DNA of 64,000 nt, from NCBI RefSeq assembly GCF_026571515.1, contig NW_026866608.1, forward strand, positions 186,001 to 250,000, in the 5' to 3' direction. A program made the translations under genes and the position numbers. Shown here in pieces: positions 25,601-40,118 of the stretch. The stretch is from Ruditapes philippinarum (Eukaryota). Numbering within the stretch: the stretch's first letter is position 1; each line of letters begins with the position of its first letter. A model generated the notes under the pieces. It worked only from the letters and a program-made list of their open reading frames with translations, made no database searches and was not told the origin of the DNA.

Positions 25601-28600
25601 AAATAAAGTTAGGATGTGTTTCTATTTAACATGATACACTCCTACGAATTTCCAAAACAAAATATAACTCACGCATTTTAAATAACAAAATCACATTTCA
25701 AAAACATCTATTTCGTAAGGGCAGATTTATGTCATCAAAAAAACAACAACAAAAAACAATTATTACTTTATGACAAGAAATAACATATTTCTTTGTATGC
25801 TCTTACGATTTCTGATGTTATACAAAGTCAAAGATTAACTTTTATCACAATTATTACAGTATAAGTAGTAACATTTATAATGATTTCCAGCATAAAATTT
25901 TTCAAGGACATTCTACTTTAAAATGGTCAGAAATCGGAATTAACAGGGTTAAAAAGATGTCAAAAGGTTGCCACATAGTAGTTACAGCATTGTTACTTAG
26001 GTTACTTTCACATTGGAAGTGAAATCAAAATTTCACACATAATTGTTACAAATGTCACTACATTTACAAGCGTTACATAAAAAGTTAGTGTTATGCTTGT
26101 AACAAATGACAAGTGTTTCATTTAAATTGTGCCACATTTATGCCCTATGTGTTCTAATGCAAGTAACTTATGCATACTTTACTAAAATGTTTTTGCATTT
26201 TTTACAATTTGTCATGTTCTCCCTTAAACATGAGTGTGCAATGTTCACTATCTTTATTTACATTCATTGCACTCGAATAAGTTATGATTTTTCATACTTA
26301 ATGTGTCTTGAAGGAATACACATACACATTTTTTAACACTGAATCATCATTTTCTGTTTCTTTACTTACTTTTGGTTTTAGCTTGTCGAAACAGTTGAAA
26401 AGAAAACACCTACCTCGCCTTTACATTTAACTACTTTCAATTGGGCAATTTTTCTGATAAAACTCTAAAGAATGGAGCTCTTCTTAACTGAATGCAATGT
26501 CGTTTTTAACTATGTCAGATGACGCCGCTAAGGAATAGGTGTTAACCAGAAGAAAAAAAAATGTTTCAGTTCTTTCCGCAGTGTACCTTGACCTTCTGAG
26601 TGGGGCGTCTTTATTGACTAAGTGTTAATTCTGTTGACAAACACAATCCCTTTCCAACATGGCAGGACACATAGCAGTAGATCTAGGTAGAATGTAAGAA
26701 GAGATCCGCATGAAACTTTAATCCAGTGCCGTTGTCCTTAAAAATATATTCACAAACACTTTTGCAATGCCTTCCTGGAAATTAAGTATATTCAAAATGT
26801 CTCTGTATCGTCGATTTACAATATAATATTCAAATTAAATTGTCTGCACTAAGATAGAAAGGACTTGCCGGAAACACACGTCATTCTTAAAAAAACATAT
26901 TTTTTATAGCTTCGCTTTATTATTTCATAAAATTACATAGTCTACACCAAAGTTTCTGTCATTGGTTCTGAACTTATAATGAAATCCTCGCCTCAAGACA
27001 TTTCTGGATGTCTGATTAGAACATTATTTGCCCTACCCTAGAGTATCATTTAAATGCAATAGTTCAACACACTAAGTCTTATATTTTGTCTATCACGAAG
27101 GAGGGTTATAGTGTGTCAACATTATTCCGTAATTTGAAATAAAATTTAAATTACATTTTGATATGAATACTTTACTTAAGATATAGTTTGCACTTTTAAA
27201 ATGATTGTAAATAAATATATTGTTAATTTAATGTAATTCCAATTGATAAAAAATAACTAAAGATATTGTACTACTCTAACGGAAAACTGAGTGATGCCAA
27301 AGTAATTTATATAACGCTTAACATATTTTTGCACATATTTATTTTGTTTCTTGAAATGTAATTATAATAATTTTCATTTATGAATTTTATATACATTACA
27401 CGATTAATACTTGTTTGGAAAGGAGTTATGCGATATATCTACGCACTGCCTAATATCCATGCCCAATAACTCCATTTCTTAATGATCTGACCTAATATTA
27501 AACAAGTATTTTTAATTATAGAAATCAGGGCATATGTGTAAGAATATATTTATTAGATCCTTAACTGTTATAATTTGATAGATATTGGATTACATGCATA
27601 ATGTAATCTCGGACCTACCCAAAAGAAAGTTGTCATTTTTGCAAGTGTAAAAAACTGCGTTAAGCGCTTATATTCTCGGACGCTTTATTCAATTATTTAA
27701 ACACCATAAAAAAACCATCGTGATCTCACTTTGCGTAAAACATTTCATGAAATTTTACGTTTTAATTCAGAAAATATTAAAAAATAAAATCGGAAAACTA
27801 AGAACATTGTGTTAAGTTTGTATAATTGTTTGAATGCAAAACATACTTTATATGTTCTAACGGATACAAATATTAACATACAACAAGCACAACTGAAACC
27901 CTTTACACTATACTTGGTTTCTGACTTTGTAAACTCGTAAAGTCTGTACAGGAATAATTGCAACCCTTACGTGACAATGCATTTCCGCTTGTTGAAATAT
28001 CATCAATCACTTTTTTACATTATCAAGTGTGTATTTGTCTCATCAAGACGTATTTATCATTTTGAACTTCTTCCTTTTGTTTCAATTTCCCACAAAAATC
28101 TTTTATCAGATCTGAAAATCTGTCAGATGTCTTTGAACTCTATATATTGTATGAGATTTAGACAATTTGTAAGATTTCCGTATAGAAAGCCTGATCGGAG
28201 CCAGTATTTGCTTTGCTTAATTTTATCAAATAATTAATAAAATGTTTCAATGCATTGGTACGGAAATTAATGGAAAGAAATTCAAACTGTTACCTTTCTT
28301 TGAATGACATAGATACATAGAAATAAAGAATGCAATCGTGTCCATAATTGCGTGTTTAGTATGACCAGACATATACATTGAATCAATTGAGCATTTTCGA
28401 TTCTTTCACGTTATATTAACTATAGTAAACTAATTTTGGTTTCAGCGTCTTTCAATCATTTCCGATTCTTCCCCATTTTGTTAATAAATATTTTTTACAA
28501 TGGCAGTCATGGAATATGTTGTAATTGTCTATTCCGATATTGAAGAAACAGTATAAACTTTGAAACTCAAATCTTAAATGCTAAAACTTATTTTACAAAT

Positions 28601-28623
28601 GGTAAATATTTATGAATAAATAT

Positions 28624-29622
28624 ATCTGTAAATTGTCCTACGTCTTGGCTAACCGACGTCATAATTTATTCCTAATAAGACCAAGCTCTAAAATAAATGT
28701 GTTTAACAAATATATAACACTAATGTCAAATGTCATATCAACAAGTGTTTAAAATGAATATAATGTTTCACTAACAATACTTCACTATCGTCCATTTTAG
28801 ACCGTTAGTGTAATTATATGAATGGGAAGAAAATGGAATCGGATAATAATGTTTTAATGTTGTTTGAACAAAATCCATTAAAGAGCTTATTATCAATCGA
28901 AAAAAGGAAACCTATGTAAATAATAAAAATCTAATTGGTAGAGTAGGTCACAGCATTATATAACCTAAATTACTATAATTACTTTTCATTTAAGTTACAT
29001 TAAATTACTGTTCATTTAAGTTGCATTCATTCTGAATCAATATTAGATGGAATTCTATATACATTTTGTTCTGATCTATTTGCCTTTTTGTAAGTTCTAC
29101 ACCTTCTGTTCTGTAAAAAGTTATACACCTTCTGTTCTGTAAAAGTGCTACACACCCAAGGATATCTAAAAGATTTTTGTCAACATATAGCCACTACCTT
29201 ATTTTGCATATAACTATTCTTATGTATGGCCAAACGACGACAGTTTTTTTCATTCATGAGGTTTAATGTAATCAAATTTTGTTTCCCGTTGTGCATGTTG
29301 ACGAAAATGCATCTGTAAATTGGCCTACGCCTTGGTTAACCGACGGCATAATTTATTCCTAACTAAACCAAGCTTTTCTATAAATGTGTGTAACAAATAT
29401 GTAATATCAATATTACATGTAATGTCAGATCAACAAGTGCGTTAAGGGCTTCATTCTCGTCCATTTTAGACTGTTAATGTAATATGAAAAGAAAGAAAAT
29501 GAAATCGGATAATAATGTTATAATGTTGTTTGTACAAAATACATTAAAGAGCTTTTTATCAATCGGAATAAGGAAACCTATATAAATCATATAAATCTTA
29601 TTGGCAGAGTATGCCTCAACAT
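28624..29622 (+). repeat. Diverged direct duplication of about 320 bp (28624-28958 and 29311-29622)
   Basis: ATCTGTAAATTGKCCTACGYCTTGGYTAACCGACG, CGTCCATTTTAGAC and AATCGGATAATAATGTT each occur twice in the same order. Confidence 0.85.
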
Positions 29623-30586
29623 TGTATGAGATAAGCTAAAGTACATTCGTCACTGATTTGCTTAGCAAATTGTTAAACTAAAACAATTTAGTTAAATCAC
29701 TAAAAGAATAATGAGCTAAAATGGTCCAAAGTTATTCATAAGATAGCATTATATTAAAAATTTTGATCCATTAGGTAAACTAATATATATGGAAAAAACA
29801 AAAACAAAAAAGAAAACCACACATTTAGATGGTCTTGTATCAGAACTGAAATATCATCATCATAAAGAGATCTTCGACAGAAAGTATCAAGACAAATTAA
29901 CAGTAACTCTCTAAGAACAATATACAAATGATTCGCATGTAGTATTTATAGGCTTAAGGCAGGGTTTGGTATTGATAAGCTATTCTACTGAATATATATT
30001 AATAGGCATTTGATCTTGAAGTTTTTCTTTAATCATTGCAGAGTGTTATTTTTATTTTTTAACTCAAACACGTAATACTGCAATTATAGTCTGGGAGACT
30101 GGGTTATTTTATTAACCTTATCAAGTATTTGAAGCTCATAGTAGTTATTGATCAACTTTATGGCATGTTATACGGCCTTTAAAACATTTTATGCCATTTT
30201 AGACAAAGAATTTTCGTGCCCAACAGCAATTTCGTACTAACAATCATATTCGTTTTGGCATCTTACTGGTCTTAACAAATGCTTATTTTAGCCGAGATAT
30301 TGTTCCAGTGATAAGAAGAAAAAACAAACAAAACAAATAATTGTCTGTTAAATGATACGTTTAAAACAACAAATTATTATAACTTTGCCCTAGAGCAGCA
30401 CGTCAATAGATGGGAAAACAATGTTTCTTAAATCCAAATAAAGAAACATTTGTTCATAGTCTAAAATAAAATAAAACATAATTCACGATCAAAGTTAACG
30501 ATAAATTTCTATCGCAAAAATAAATGTAATGTTTAAATTATCGGTGGATTTTGTTGATATTATTTTAAACGAATGACATTTAAATA

Positions 30587-31153
30587 TACACCTGGAAATA
30601 AGTTAAGCACACCCAGCATTTTGCCCGGGCTTTAACATGACAACTGAAATTTTAAATTTTATTTGGGAAACGGTACGAACCACCTGTAGCCAACTTGCAA
30701 CAACTGGAACAAGCTCTGCAACAAGAATGGCAATATTTACCTCACCATCGCATAAGAAGCCGTTCTGGAAGTATAAGGAGAATGGTTGAGGCTATCATCA
30801 GGGGACGTGGCGGTTAAATACGATGTTTACAATTTAGCTACATAATGTCATTTTAGGTTACGCAATCGTCAACATTTATCAAAAATATTCACCAGTAAAT
30901 TTATTGTAAACGCCAACAACATACTTATAAACACTTACGTTTTTTGGTAAAAATCAACACATCTGCTTATGCTTAAATAATTTGGTTAAGAATAAACTAT
31001 ACTCATACATGAACTGGTTTGTGATTACTAAATTGGTATCGCTAGTTATCAAATTACTATGTCTTAGCTCAATTAGGTCGTCATCTCATGACAGTGTTTC
31101 AATCACAACCAATTTTAGATTTCCGTCGTGTGCTTAACTTATTTCCAGGTGAA
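30587..31153. mobile_element. Tc1/mariner-like MITE
   Basis: Perfect 24-bp inverted repeat CACCTGGAAATAAGTTAAGCACAC (30589-30612 and 31128-31151), with TA dinucleotides just outside. No ORF. Confidence 0.8.
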
Positions 31154-34100
31154 TAGACTTCCCCTTCCGTTCTTTCTGTAACCCATTAGTCTTTTCCGGT
31201 TTTGTTCGATTCTCCGTTAGTACCTTAGTGGTAACTGTAGTTCCTGTGTTGCTTTGTTAAATCGGGGGCGTAGCCTTGCTTAGTTGATCTTTGCTCATTT
31301 GTTTGCCTTTTGTAATAAGTATTTTCATAGTGAACTGTGAGATCAGTCCAGATTCAATTAGAAACATTGAATTTTAAAACTTACATTCTGCGTTATTTAT
31401 AAAATATACACATTTATTTTATACACAGCAATGTCCTTATTTGTGTAATTGTTAATTTAAACTTTGTTCACTTGTCTTTGACATTTGTTCTGGACTGCAT
31501 ATATGAACGTCACATTCACTTCTTGAAGTAAAATTTACTTTTATGTCACAAAAATGGACTAAAATCGCTTTGTGAATACTTTTTCTTTCTTAAATAACAA
31601 AAACAAATGAACATTTTGCACACATGTCCATTTGAGCCTTGTCAATTTTCCCGAACAACAAGTTATATAAAAATTCATCTACTTCATTTTACTTTATTTT
31701 TACTTTAAGTTACAAATTAGATTTGAATTTGAGCCACAGGCTCTCGAATTTCCCAACTTACTTACCAATGCGTCATATGTGCGTTTATTACATAACCAGA
31801 AACATTATCAGGAACATTTTTTGTACACTAAATGGACTCTAACTCTATCAGTGACTACAATTATATTTAATTACAGACACTGGGACATTGTTAATGTCAG
31901 CATGTGATTGGCACCAAGAGAAATATTAACAGTTATTACTTCTTAGGACTTTCTTGAGCGTCATCACGAGACTTTACAAAAGTTCTCACGTATAACAGTT
32001 TGTGATAATAACGTTACCTACAATAGTTTAGAATGCGAGTATCTGTTCCTTTATACCCATAGATGATAATAGCAACAGAACAAAACTATTTCTGGAAAGG
32101 TTGTAATTGAATTGGATTATTTTTTGGTTAACTTATTAATTTATTAACTAAAGCAATTATCGTTTATAACTTACCATTTCAACGAAAGAGAATTGCATTT
32201 TTTTTACAATAAAATGATTCTGGTGCCAAGACAGTTTTCATTTTGATTTACAATTGTATTGCCTTAAAATATATTTCAATTGTAGTCAATATTTATTAGG
32301 TTTGTCTGCTAAAGTTTACTTAAGTTAAAACTATTTTTAAGTGCAAAAGAGTGCGAATTTATTTTGTGCTGGTAAAAGCAATGTACGTTTTTTCGAAATT
32401 ACACTACTTACCTGAAACAAATATGTCGTGTGTACCTATGTCATAAATTCATATTGAGTAGTTTAAAATAGGTAATGAAATTGTGCCAACGTATCGCGGG
32501 AATTTCAAAATAATAAATATTTATCTTACCCATACACCTATTATTTCAGGAAAGTTGTTGTGATGTCCTTAAGCTCAGATCATGATTGTCTAAAACTTTT
32601 GAAGTATCACCCCAAGGTGTTGTGGATTATTTGTCTTAAATCTCTATTGACATACGAACCAGGTGTTTCCTCTAACTATCCAACTATGATTGATGGTTTA
32701 TTGAAACGATTCATTGTAAAAATTTACTTTCTCACTTTTTTGTTGTGTTTAAAACCAATCATACTGGTAAAATAACTCATATACAGAACTTTTGAGTATC
32801 TTATCCTAGCTAGATACAGTATAGATGCAGTTTATAATCGATATAAACATTTAAAATGAGCATCAATTTTGGAAATCAATAACATTTACATGGGAAACAA
32901 ATATTACAACTTTGAATCATATAAAGAGAAAATATTTCACATATTGTGCGAATCATATTCTATGTTGATGATAGAATACTTCATTATTGCTGAAAGCCTT
33001 ATTTGAAATTTCAAGTGTAAAGTATCCTTGCTGCTTTCTTCTTTATACGAACAAGTTGTTCACAGTCATTTTTATCAGACAATTATTTAAAATGGATTTG
33101 CCACTTTGGGTATCTCATCCGGATAATTAGCTTATAGCCGTTTCGCGAAATACTTTATAAAAATATAATAATGCAGTATGAAAAGTTAAAAAAAAACTTT
33201 ATATATTTGTTAATTAAGGACACTACAGTTATATCTGATGGGCGAAAATTTTGACATTCGGGTGTTTGTCACATTATATTTCTTAATCAGTCTAAAAGAA
33301 AACATGTTAATACTGAAGTATCTGTAATACCATAAATAATTGTATTGATAGAATTTAGTATTATACCTGACAACAAAGAACAAATGAAATATTTATGTTT
33401 ATTGTTTGAATGTGTGAGAAACATGCTCCGATTTAACATATTTATCTCGATATAAAAGATAATAAATTGCTTTAGAAAACTAGAAAAAAAGATCATATGT
33501 TGACACAAAATCTCCGAAAATTTTCTCAACATTTTCCAACCTAAATATAAAAGGCTATCCAAATGATGCATTTCTATTCTTTTTCTCAATATTTTAAATA
33601 ATTTGCTATTTGTGACCAATCCACACCAAAAGGTATTGCGTGTGTTTATTTACCTACCTCATTTTCCACTGTATTACAATAATGCATGCCTAATGAATTA
33701 AAACATCAAATGCGGATCATGTCACAAAATATCATTGTAATTAATTTGAACCTAGTCAAAATGTTAGTTTATAATTTAAAATATCAAGGAGTATAACTTC
33801 GAGCTTGCTAATTGAAGTAAAAGCAAGAATTATCTAAGTATCTTAGTCTGACAACAAAACTCTACGCAACAGAAAATAATACTAAAATCTTACACTGGCT
33901 GACGGTACAGACCGGAATATCTAGCTCGAAAGTAATGGGGCTCTGCAGAGTTTCCGCTAATAAGCTAGTTCTTACATATTACATATCAATTATTTTCAGA
34001 ACAGAAATTACGAAAAATGATATTCTAATTACGCTTTTTTTCTTATTGTAGCGTATGAACTTATAAATTCATTCATAACGGTAAAATGACACCATCCTTA

Positions 34101-37100
34101 GAACGCAATTCATTTATAGATGACGTTTATTAAAGTAGGCGACTTGTCTTACATGGGGGTGTAAGACAGGTTTTTTTCTGGCACCGGTGTAAACGGTAGA
34201 TACTCTTGTCTGATATGCAAGAAAGCGAAACACTACAGGTGTCATAGTTTACAAATTCACTCAGTTGGACAGATTTTTTTATTTGCATTATTTGTTTTAT
34301 TAAAACTTAAACAAAAGTGTAATAGTTAATGTACGAGTTAAGATGTAATTTAACTCGTGCACCGGTTTCATTAAAGAAAAATTTTGTTCCTAGGAAAGTA
34401 CATGACAAATCCATTGCTCACTCTCAAATGTTATGTTTGCATGCTGTACGTTGCATGTAATAATGTAATTAGGTTACTTCATATGTCCCTGTAAATATTG
34501 TAACTAGGTCAGTACAACCTAAGTCTATGACTTTTATAATTATTTATAGTTAAATATTTAAACGAATATTAAATAGCAAGAAAACCAAAATTGAAAGCAT
34601 GGTTCAATATAACAATTCTCACAGTCAAATAAATAATATAAATATATATATTATATAGTTAATGACACTTCTATGTCATTTCTAGGTTAAAAAGATCATT
34701 CAAGAGAATAGATATTCAAGAGTTAAATGCAAGAAGATTTTTGTGCATGTAGAAAAAATAGAAAAATCTAAATAACATACTTTATCAAACGAGAACTCTT
34801 GAACCATTTTCGTAAACGGTTCTTTGGAAAAGCTGCATTGTACACGGAACAAAAGATGCCAGTACGTAGTGTGTAAAACGATAAAAATATATACTCATGT
34901 ATTTGTGTCATACATTTCTTTGTTGTATTTTTTAAAATATAACTGCAGATATTATAATGAATGAAACAAAGACACGAACCATTGCCGATTATATGTCGCC
35001 CATTTGTATACAATCTTTTGTGCACGTTATCATTTGTTTCTTTTCTGTTTTCCTTTCTTTATTTTCCTTTATGATGTACTTTTTATAAATGCATTTATGT
35101 TTTAATTGTCTTGTTAGAGTTTTACTTGTTTTGTAATTTTTTTAGCCGGGATTACTGCATTATTTTAGCCATTGCCTTTGAATAAAGTTCATGAGCTTTT
35201 AAAGAAATGTCCCCATCTAAATCATGTATGCGTGTTAACTCAATTTTTGTCTCAAGTTGACTTTGAAGTGTCTAGGTGTTTCGTGTTAACGAACCGTCTA
35301 TCATAGTAAACGTCCAGTTCACTTGGTTAAGAAACGTGTATAAAATGTTTTAAAGTGCGATAAGACAACTATAGGCAAAAGTGACTTGTCATTTCTTTGC
35401 GTGTCAAGCTTTAATCAAGTAACAAACTTTTTATATAATAACAGATGTCTCATTGTAATTGTAATGTATGTGAGCGTGAAGAGAAATTGAAATGAACTGA
35501 AGTATGTCTGATTGGTATCTACGTAAAGTGTGTTTATATATCTTTGTTTAATTTCAAAAACGTTTTTTTTTTCTTAACTAAAATAAACCGCTTGCAAAAG
35601 CTAATTTCAATAACATCCACATAGTCAAGATAAAGTTTAATCCATTAAAGAAAATATTTATAAGTTATAAATTCCACTGTTCAGATGAAAGGTAATAAAT
35701 AATGTCAAAGCCACAAGCACACACGCTTTGATATCATTTCTTACAATGTAAAAGTTGTTTATCTTTTAAAGTTGATACACACAAGCGGACAACCTGCAAA
35801 ATGACTTAGTTTTGTATTGTCGCGCTGCAGAAGCTCCGTGTAGTAGTGGTTAATATTTTGTACATTAAATACAGGCAGGTCATATCTAGAACAGAAAATT
35901 ACTTTGTTGTTAACAAGGAACCGGTAAATCCCATCCATGCGTAACACTTGACTTAACATGCGTAAGAAGAAACTTAGCTTGCATTGCAATTGTGCAAATT
36001 TTGAAAAATAATACAAAACGTCTACACTTTTAACATGATAATGCGAAAAGCTGTTTAACTGATCTCATTTTATAAGGACGAAAAACTCAATTTACACATT
36101 AAGTTGCACTTATGGTAAGGGATTAATACATTTAATGGTATATCTAAGTGGCTTTATCTTTTTCTCCTAGACACAAAAATGATAGTTATCTTTAATTTAC
36201 AAATGAATACCTTAACGTGCGTTATCGCTTAGTCAAATTAAAATCTACATATTTAGCACTTATTATATCAACTTAGTTGATACTGAATTTATATTACGTT
36301 AATAGACTTTGAAAGAGAGCTTTTAAATGAACTATATCTGCTTCGAAATCTAGAATGTTATTTTGGCATATATAAGTTTGCTTTTGTCTTATCGTGCTTC
36401 AATTTTTTTCTTTACATATTTTCATTGAAAAGAAATAATATATTGCGGAAGATGAATATAAATTTGCACTCTCTACTGCATGTTGTTTTTAGATAATATA
36501 AATGTACTTAGCAGATGAAAAAGTGTACATTTTGCAACACATTAACCAAATTGCAATAATGCACATCAAATCAATTTGATAAAAGGAATTCGCTTTAAAT
36601 TCATCACAAAGATTCTTGACAGGAGGACCCAATACATTTAACAGTATTAATGACGTACGGAGCCACGTGTTTTAGCTGTATCACAACAGCTTACACCTGC
36701 TTTTTGTGAATATAACAATTCTTGAAAGGACAGGCTCCTTGAAAGCAATAAAATAAAGGAAAAAAAACTGGAAAAATGCCGTAGATAAGTAAGAATCACA
36801 TGATTGTGCAGATCAGATTAATGTTTTACAATAACGTTATCGAATATTATGATCAATATGTCTAGCAATGATAAAAATAACTACGTAAAAACAAAATCGC
36901 AAGCCATTACTGTGGGAGTAAAATAAGTCAGTACTATAATATTATAAATATTTAACTTTTTTGTTACAAATAACGCCTGTATATAACATAGATAAACACT
37001 ATATATTGTACTTTGTAATTTTTACAATTATGAAATGTTGGCAGTCATTTATTATGTATAGACCAGGGTTCCAGTGAGATACTGCAATTTATAACCATGA

Positions 37101-38652
37101 TTATGCCAAACACTTAATTCTTAAGGGTCCGGAGTATTTATCTTCCATTAGACAATAATTATTTTCTTTATTCTTAGAGATTTTTCCGACAGCCGAATTC
37201 CCTTTGTCACTCTGAGAAACAATGAGTGTAATTTTATATCAGGATACATATTGTCTTCGCTAGAGAATTATATTTTTAAATTAAAATTAAAGATGGTCGG
37301 GGATATGCTATTGCAGCAACTTTAGTTTCAAAGACTGAATACTACGTAAGCCGAATCTACAACATGTACAATGTCCTTGTAATTTTGTTGTTCTCATTGT
37401 TTCCGAGAGATGTGATAGATCCGTGACCCCCTTTCAGACTTTTTCCCAACAATACGAGAAAGAACTTTTCTACTATTATTGAATATTATTAATGATTATT
37501 TACTTGTTATAACCAAGACAGTTCGAACGGAAATATCACGTACTTTGTCATACCTTTAGTTGCAAGATCAGACGTTACCCGTGAAAGGCCTTTGCAAATA
37601 AAGTTGTTTCTTTCACCGTGACCTATATCTTCAAGATTAAACTGAAAAAGACAACATACTATTTGTTACAGCACTGTAATATTTCACTACATAAGAACAA
37701 AATGCAAGACGAAAATCATTATCTGATTTGACATACACGTGAAACATTCAACTTCAATATTCCCTGTTAATAACAGTCATATAACATTAAATTTAACAAC
37801 TGACTTTTGTTTAATTTGATTAATTTAAAAATAAATAGCCATTTATCATTACGTTATATATATAATTAAAATATGAGCGTGGATGAAGAACGCATGTATC
37901 ACTGCTATTTATCAAACCGTGCCTATTTGATGAAAATCAGACACTGCCATTTATTAACACGACTTTATCTATTTTTTATTTCTCTAAAGGAAATTGCTTG
38001 TAATTATACTATTATTACTGCAATTTTATTCACAGTGAATAATTTTATTGCAGTTTACTTTCTCTGTAATTCTTACTCTAACATTGTCTAGAAAATCTTT
38101 CAGGCTTACGTCATTATCGATCAGTAATCATAAGAAGCACAGCCATGTTACAAGAAAATGTCATTGTTCTTTTGGGATTAATTTTTTCTTTCAAGTTTTT
38201 GTTTTCTTTAAACTAGTATCTGAAATTATCAAGATGTTGTGTCTCAATATGTCAATATCTTATCATTATTGAGGTATTAAGAAACTTCTGTTCCGTCTCG
38301 AAGATATATTTAAAAAAAAAAACAACACGAACAGACAAAACATTTCACTTCAATTTCACTTGATCAAATGGGAAAAGCAGGAAATGAGACGTTTACATGA
38401 CGTTGTATTAAAGATATTTGCAAATGTAAAATAAATAGCAGACGTTCATGTGTTTATTCGAAATATAATTAAGAAAGGCCTTGTTGGTAAATTGATATTC
38501 ATATAATACGTACATGTAGTTTTGGAAACATCTAGTATTTCAATGTTATCGATTGTGACAATAAGCATAACAGCAAAATCTATTCAATTTATAATTATAT
38601 TGTATCATGTGAATAAAAAATGAAACGGAGACTGAAATACAATATGGATTAA

Positions 38653-40118
38653 GGTAGACCATGGGTTATCTCTTCTTTGAAGAGTATTCAAATAGGCTAG
38701 TATCGCTTGTCAACTGCATTGAATTTAAGGGGCATGGGTTCAAACCCCAGAAGGGGCAACTTTTTTCTCTTTTTTTTTTCTTATGTATCTCTCAAATCCC
38801 TTATTAAAAAGGGCGTTTGATTTTAATTACATAATAATTGTAGGTATTTATTTGCTTAATGATGCCAAATGTAACAGCTAATATGATGACATTTTCAAAG
38901 TTTAATAAAATAATATCGTACATGGTAAACGTATTTTATATTTGAACTTCGCATGATCAACCAATATACTGTTAAGAAAATTAAGACAAACTTTGAAAAC
39001 AACCCTTCATTGTGGTAAATTTCAGTGATATTTAAAATAAGGATTTTTATAAAGTTTAATTGTCAAATAAGTGTTTAAAGTGGGTGTGGAAGGTGACATT
39101 TTTATACATATTGAAAACATTTTGTTTAGAAAAAAATCATTTTTTTTCTGTTTCGTTTTGTCGAAATTATCGCACGGTGCACATACACAAATTGTAAGAA
39201 AATATACTTTAAAAAAAATTCATTAGATTAGTGAAAGTCTGGAGCCCCCCACCCCCTCGCCCCTTAAGTTTTACTAATGTATATGATAAAAGAAAGTAAT
39301 AATATAGCATGTTTCGTTTTTAAAGAAACATGTCAGAAAAGATTAATTGCCTCAAAAATTAAAACATTGCTGATAGGAACATGTATTTGACAATGGGGAA
39401 AAATAAGCCATTTTGGATAGAGAATGACTTCTCACTCAAAAACCCTGTTCACTTTAATATAATAACTTGAGAACCATTTGGCTTATAATCGCAAGGTTGT
39501 CAAGCTCACAAAACCTTAACTAAGATTTCATAAAAAAATTAATAATTCGTCATTATGAATTAATATTACGTAAAAACGAATTATTATTATTTCGTGAAAA
39601 CGAATTAATATTTCGTAACAACGAATTAATATTTCTTAAAAACGAATTAATATTTCATTATTTCAAATTATTATTTCGTAAAAACGAATAAATATTTCGT
39701 AATAATTTATTACAAATTATTATTAAATTTTAGTAATTACGAATTAATATTTCGTAAAAACGAATTAATATTTCGTAAAAACGAATTATTATTTCATAAA
39801 AACGAATTAATATTTAGTAATTACGAATTAATATTTTGTAAAAACGAATTAATTGCTGGGGAAAAAGTGTGGAAAATGTCACCTTAGGGGCTTCGTAAAT
39901 ACGCTACGTCGAGTTACATACCTTGTATACATATTATTTAGTAAACGGGTGCTGGATAGTAATTTGTTTTTGATGATCAAGGGGTGTTTATTTTATGATA
40001 AGTTGACCATAATTAACATGGCAAATGTGCCGTTCACCTGTGTGACCTCTAAGACACATAACTGTCCTTTGTTATCAATTCTACAGTTCCTTGGAGTGTC
40101 CATTCCCCATGGTCTACC
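38653..40118. mobile_element. Non-autonomous Kolobok-like DNA transposon (TTAA TSD)
   Basis: 13-bp TIR GGTAGACCATGGG. TTAA at 38649-38652 and 40119-40122. Copy A (~5894) has the empty site with a single TTAA. GG..CC termini with TTAA fit Kolobok rather than piggyBac. Confidence 0.8.
39545..39853. repeat. 21-bp minisatellite (AAAAACGAATTAATATTTCGT), about 14 copies
   Basis: Tandem array visible directly. It is followed by ATGTCACCTTAGGGGCTTCGTA (~39877-39898), which looks like an element end. Confidence 0.85.

Noticed and set aside
38730-38760. tRNA gene (GGGTTCAAACCCC B-box-like motif; also ~60160)
   Set aside because: No cloverleaf or convincing A-box; the motif is inside a TTAA DNA element.
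39545-39853. CRISPR-like array of palindromic repeats
   Set aside because: Units are head-to-tail with no unique spacers, there are no cas genes, and the context is eukaryotic.
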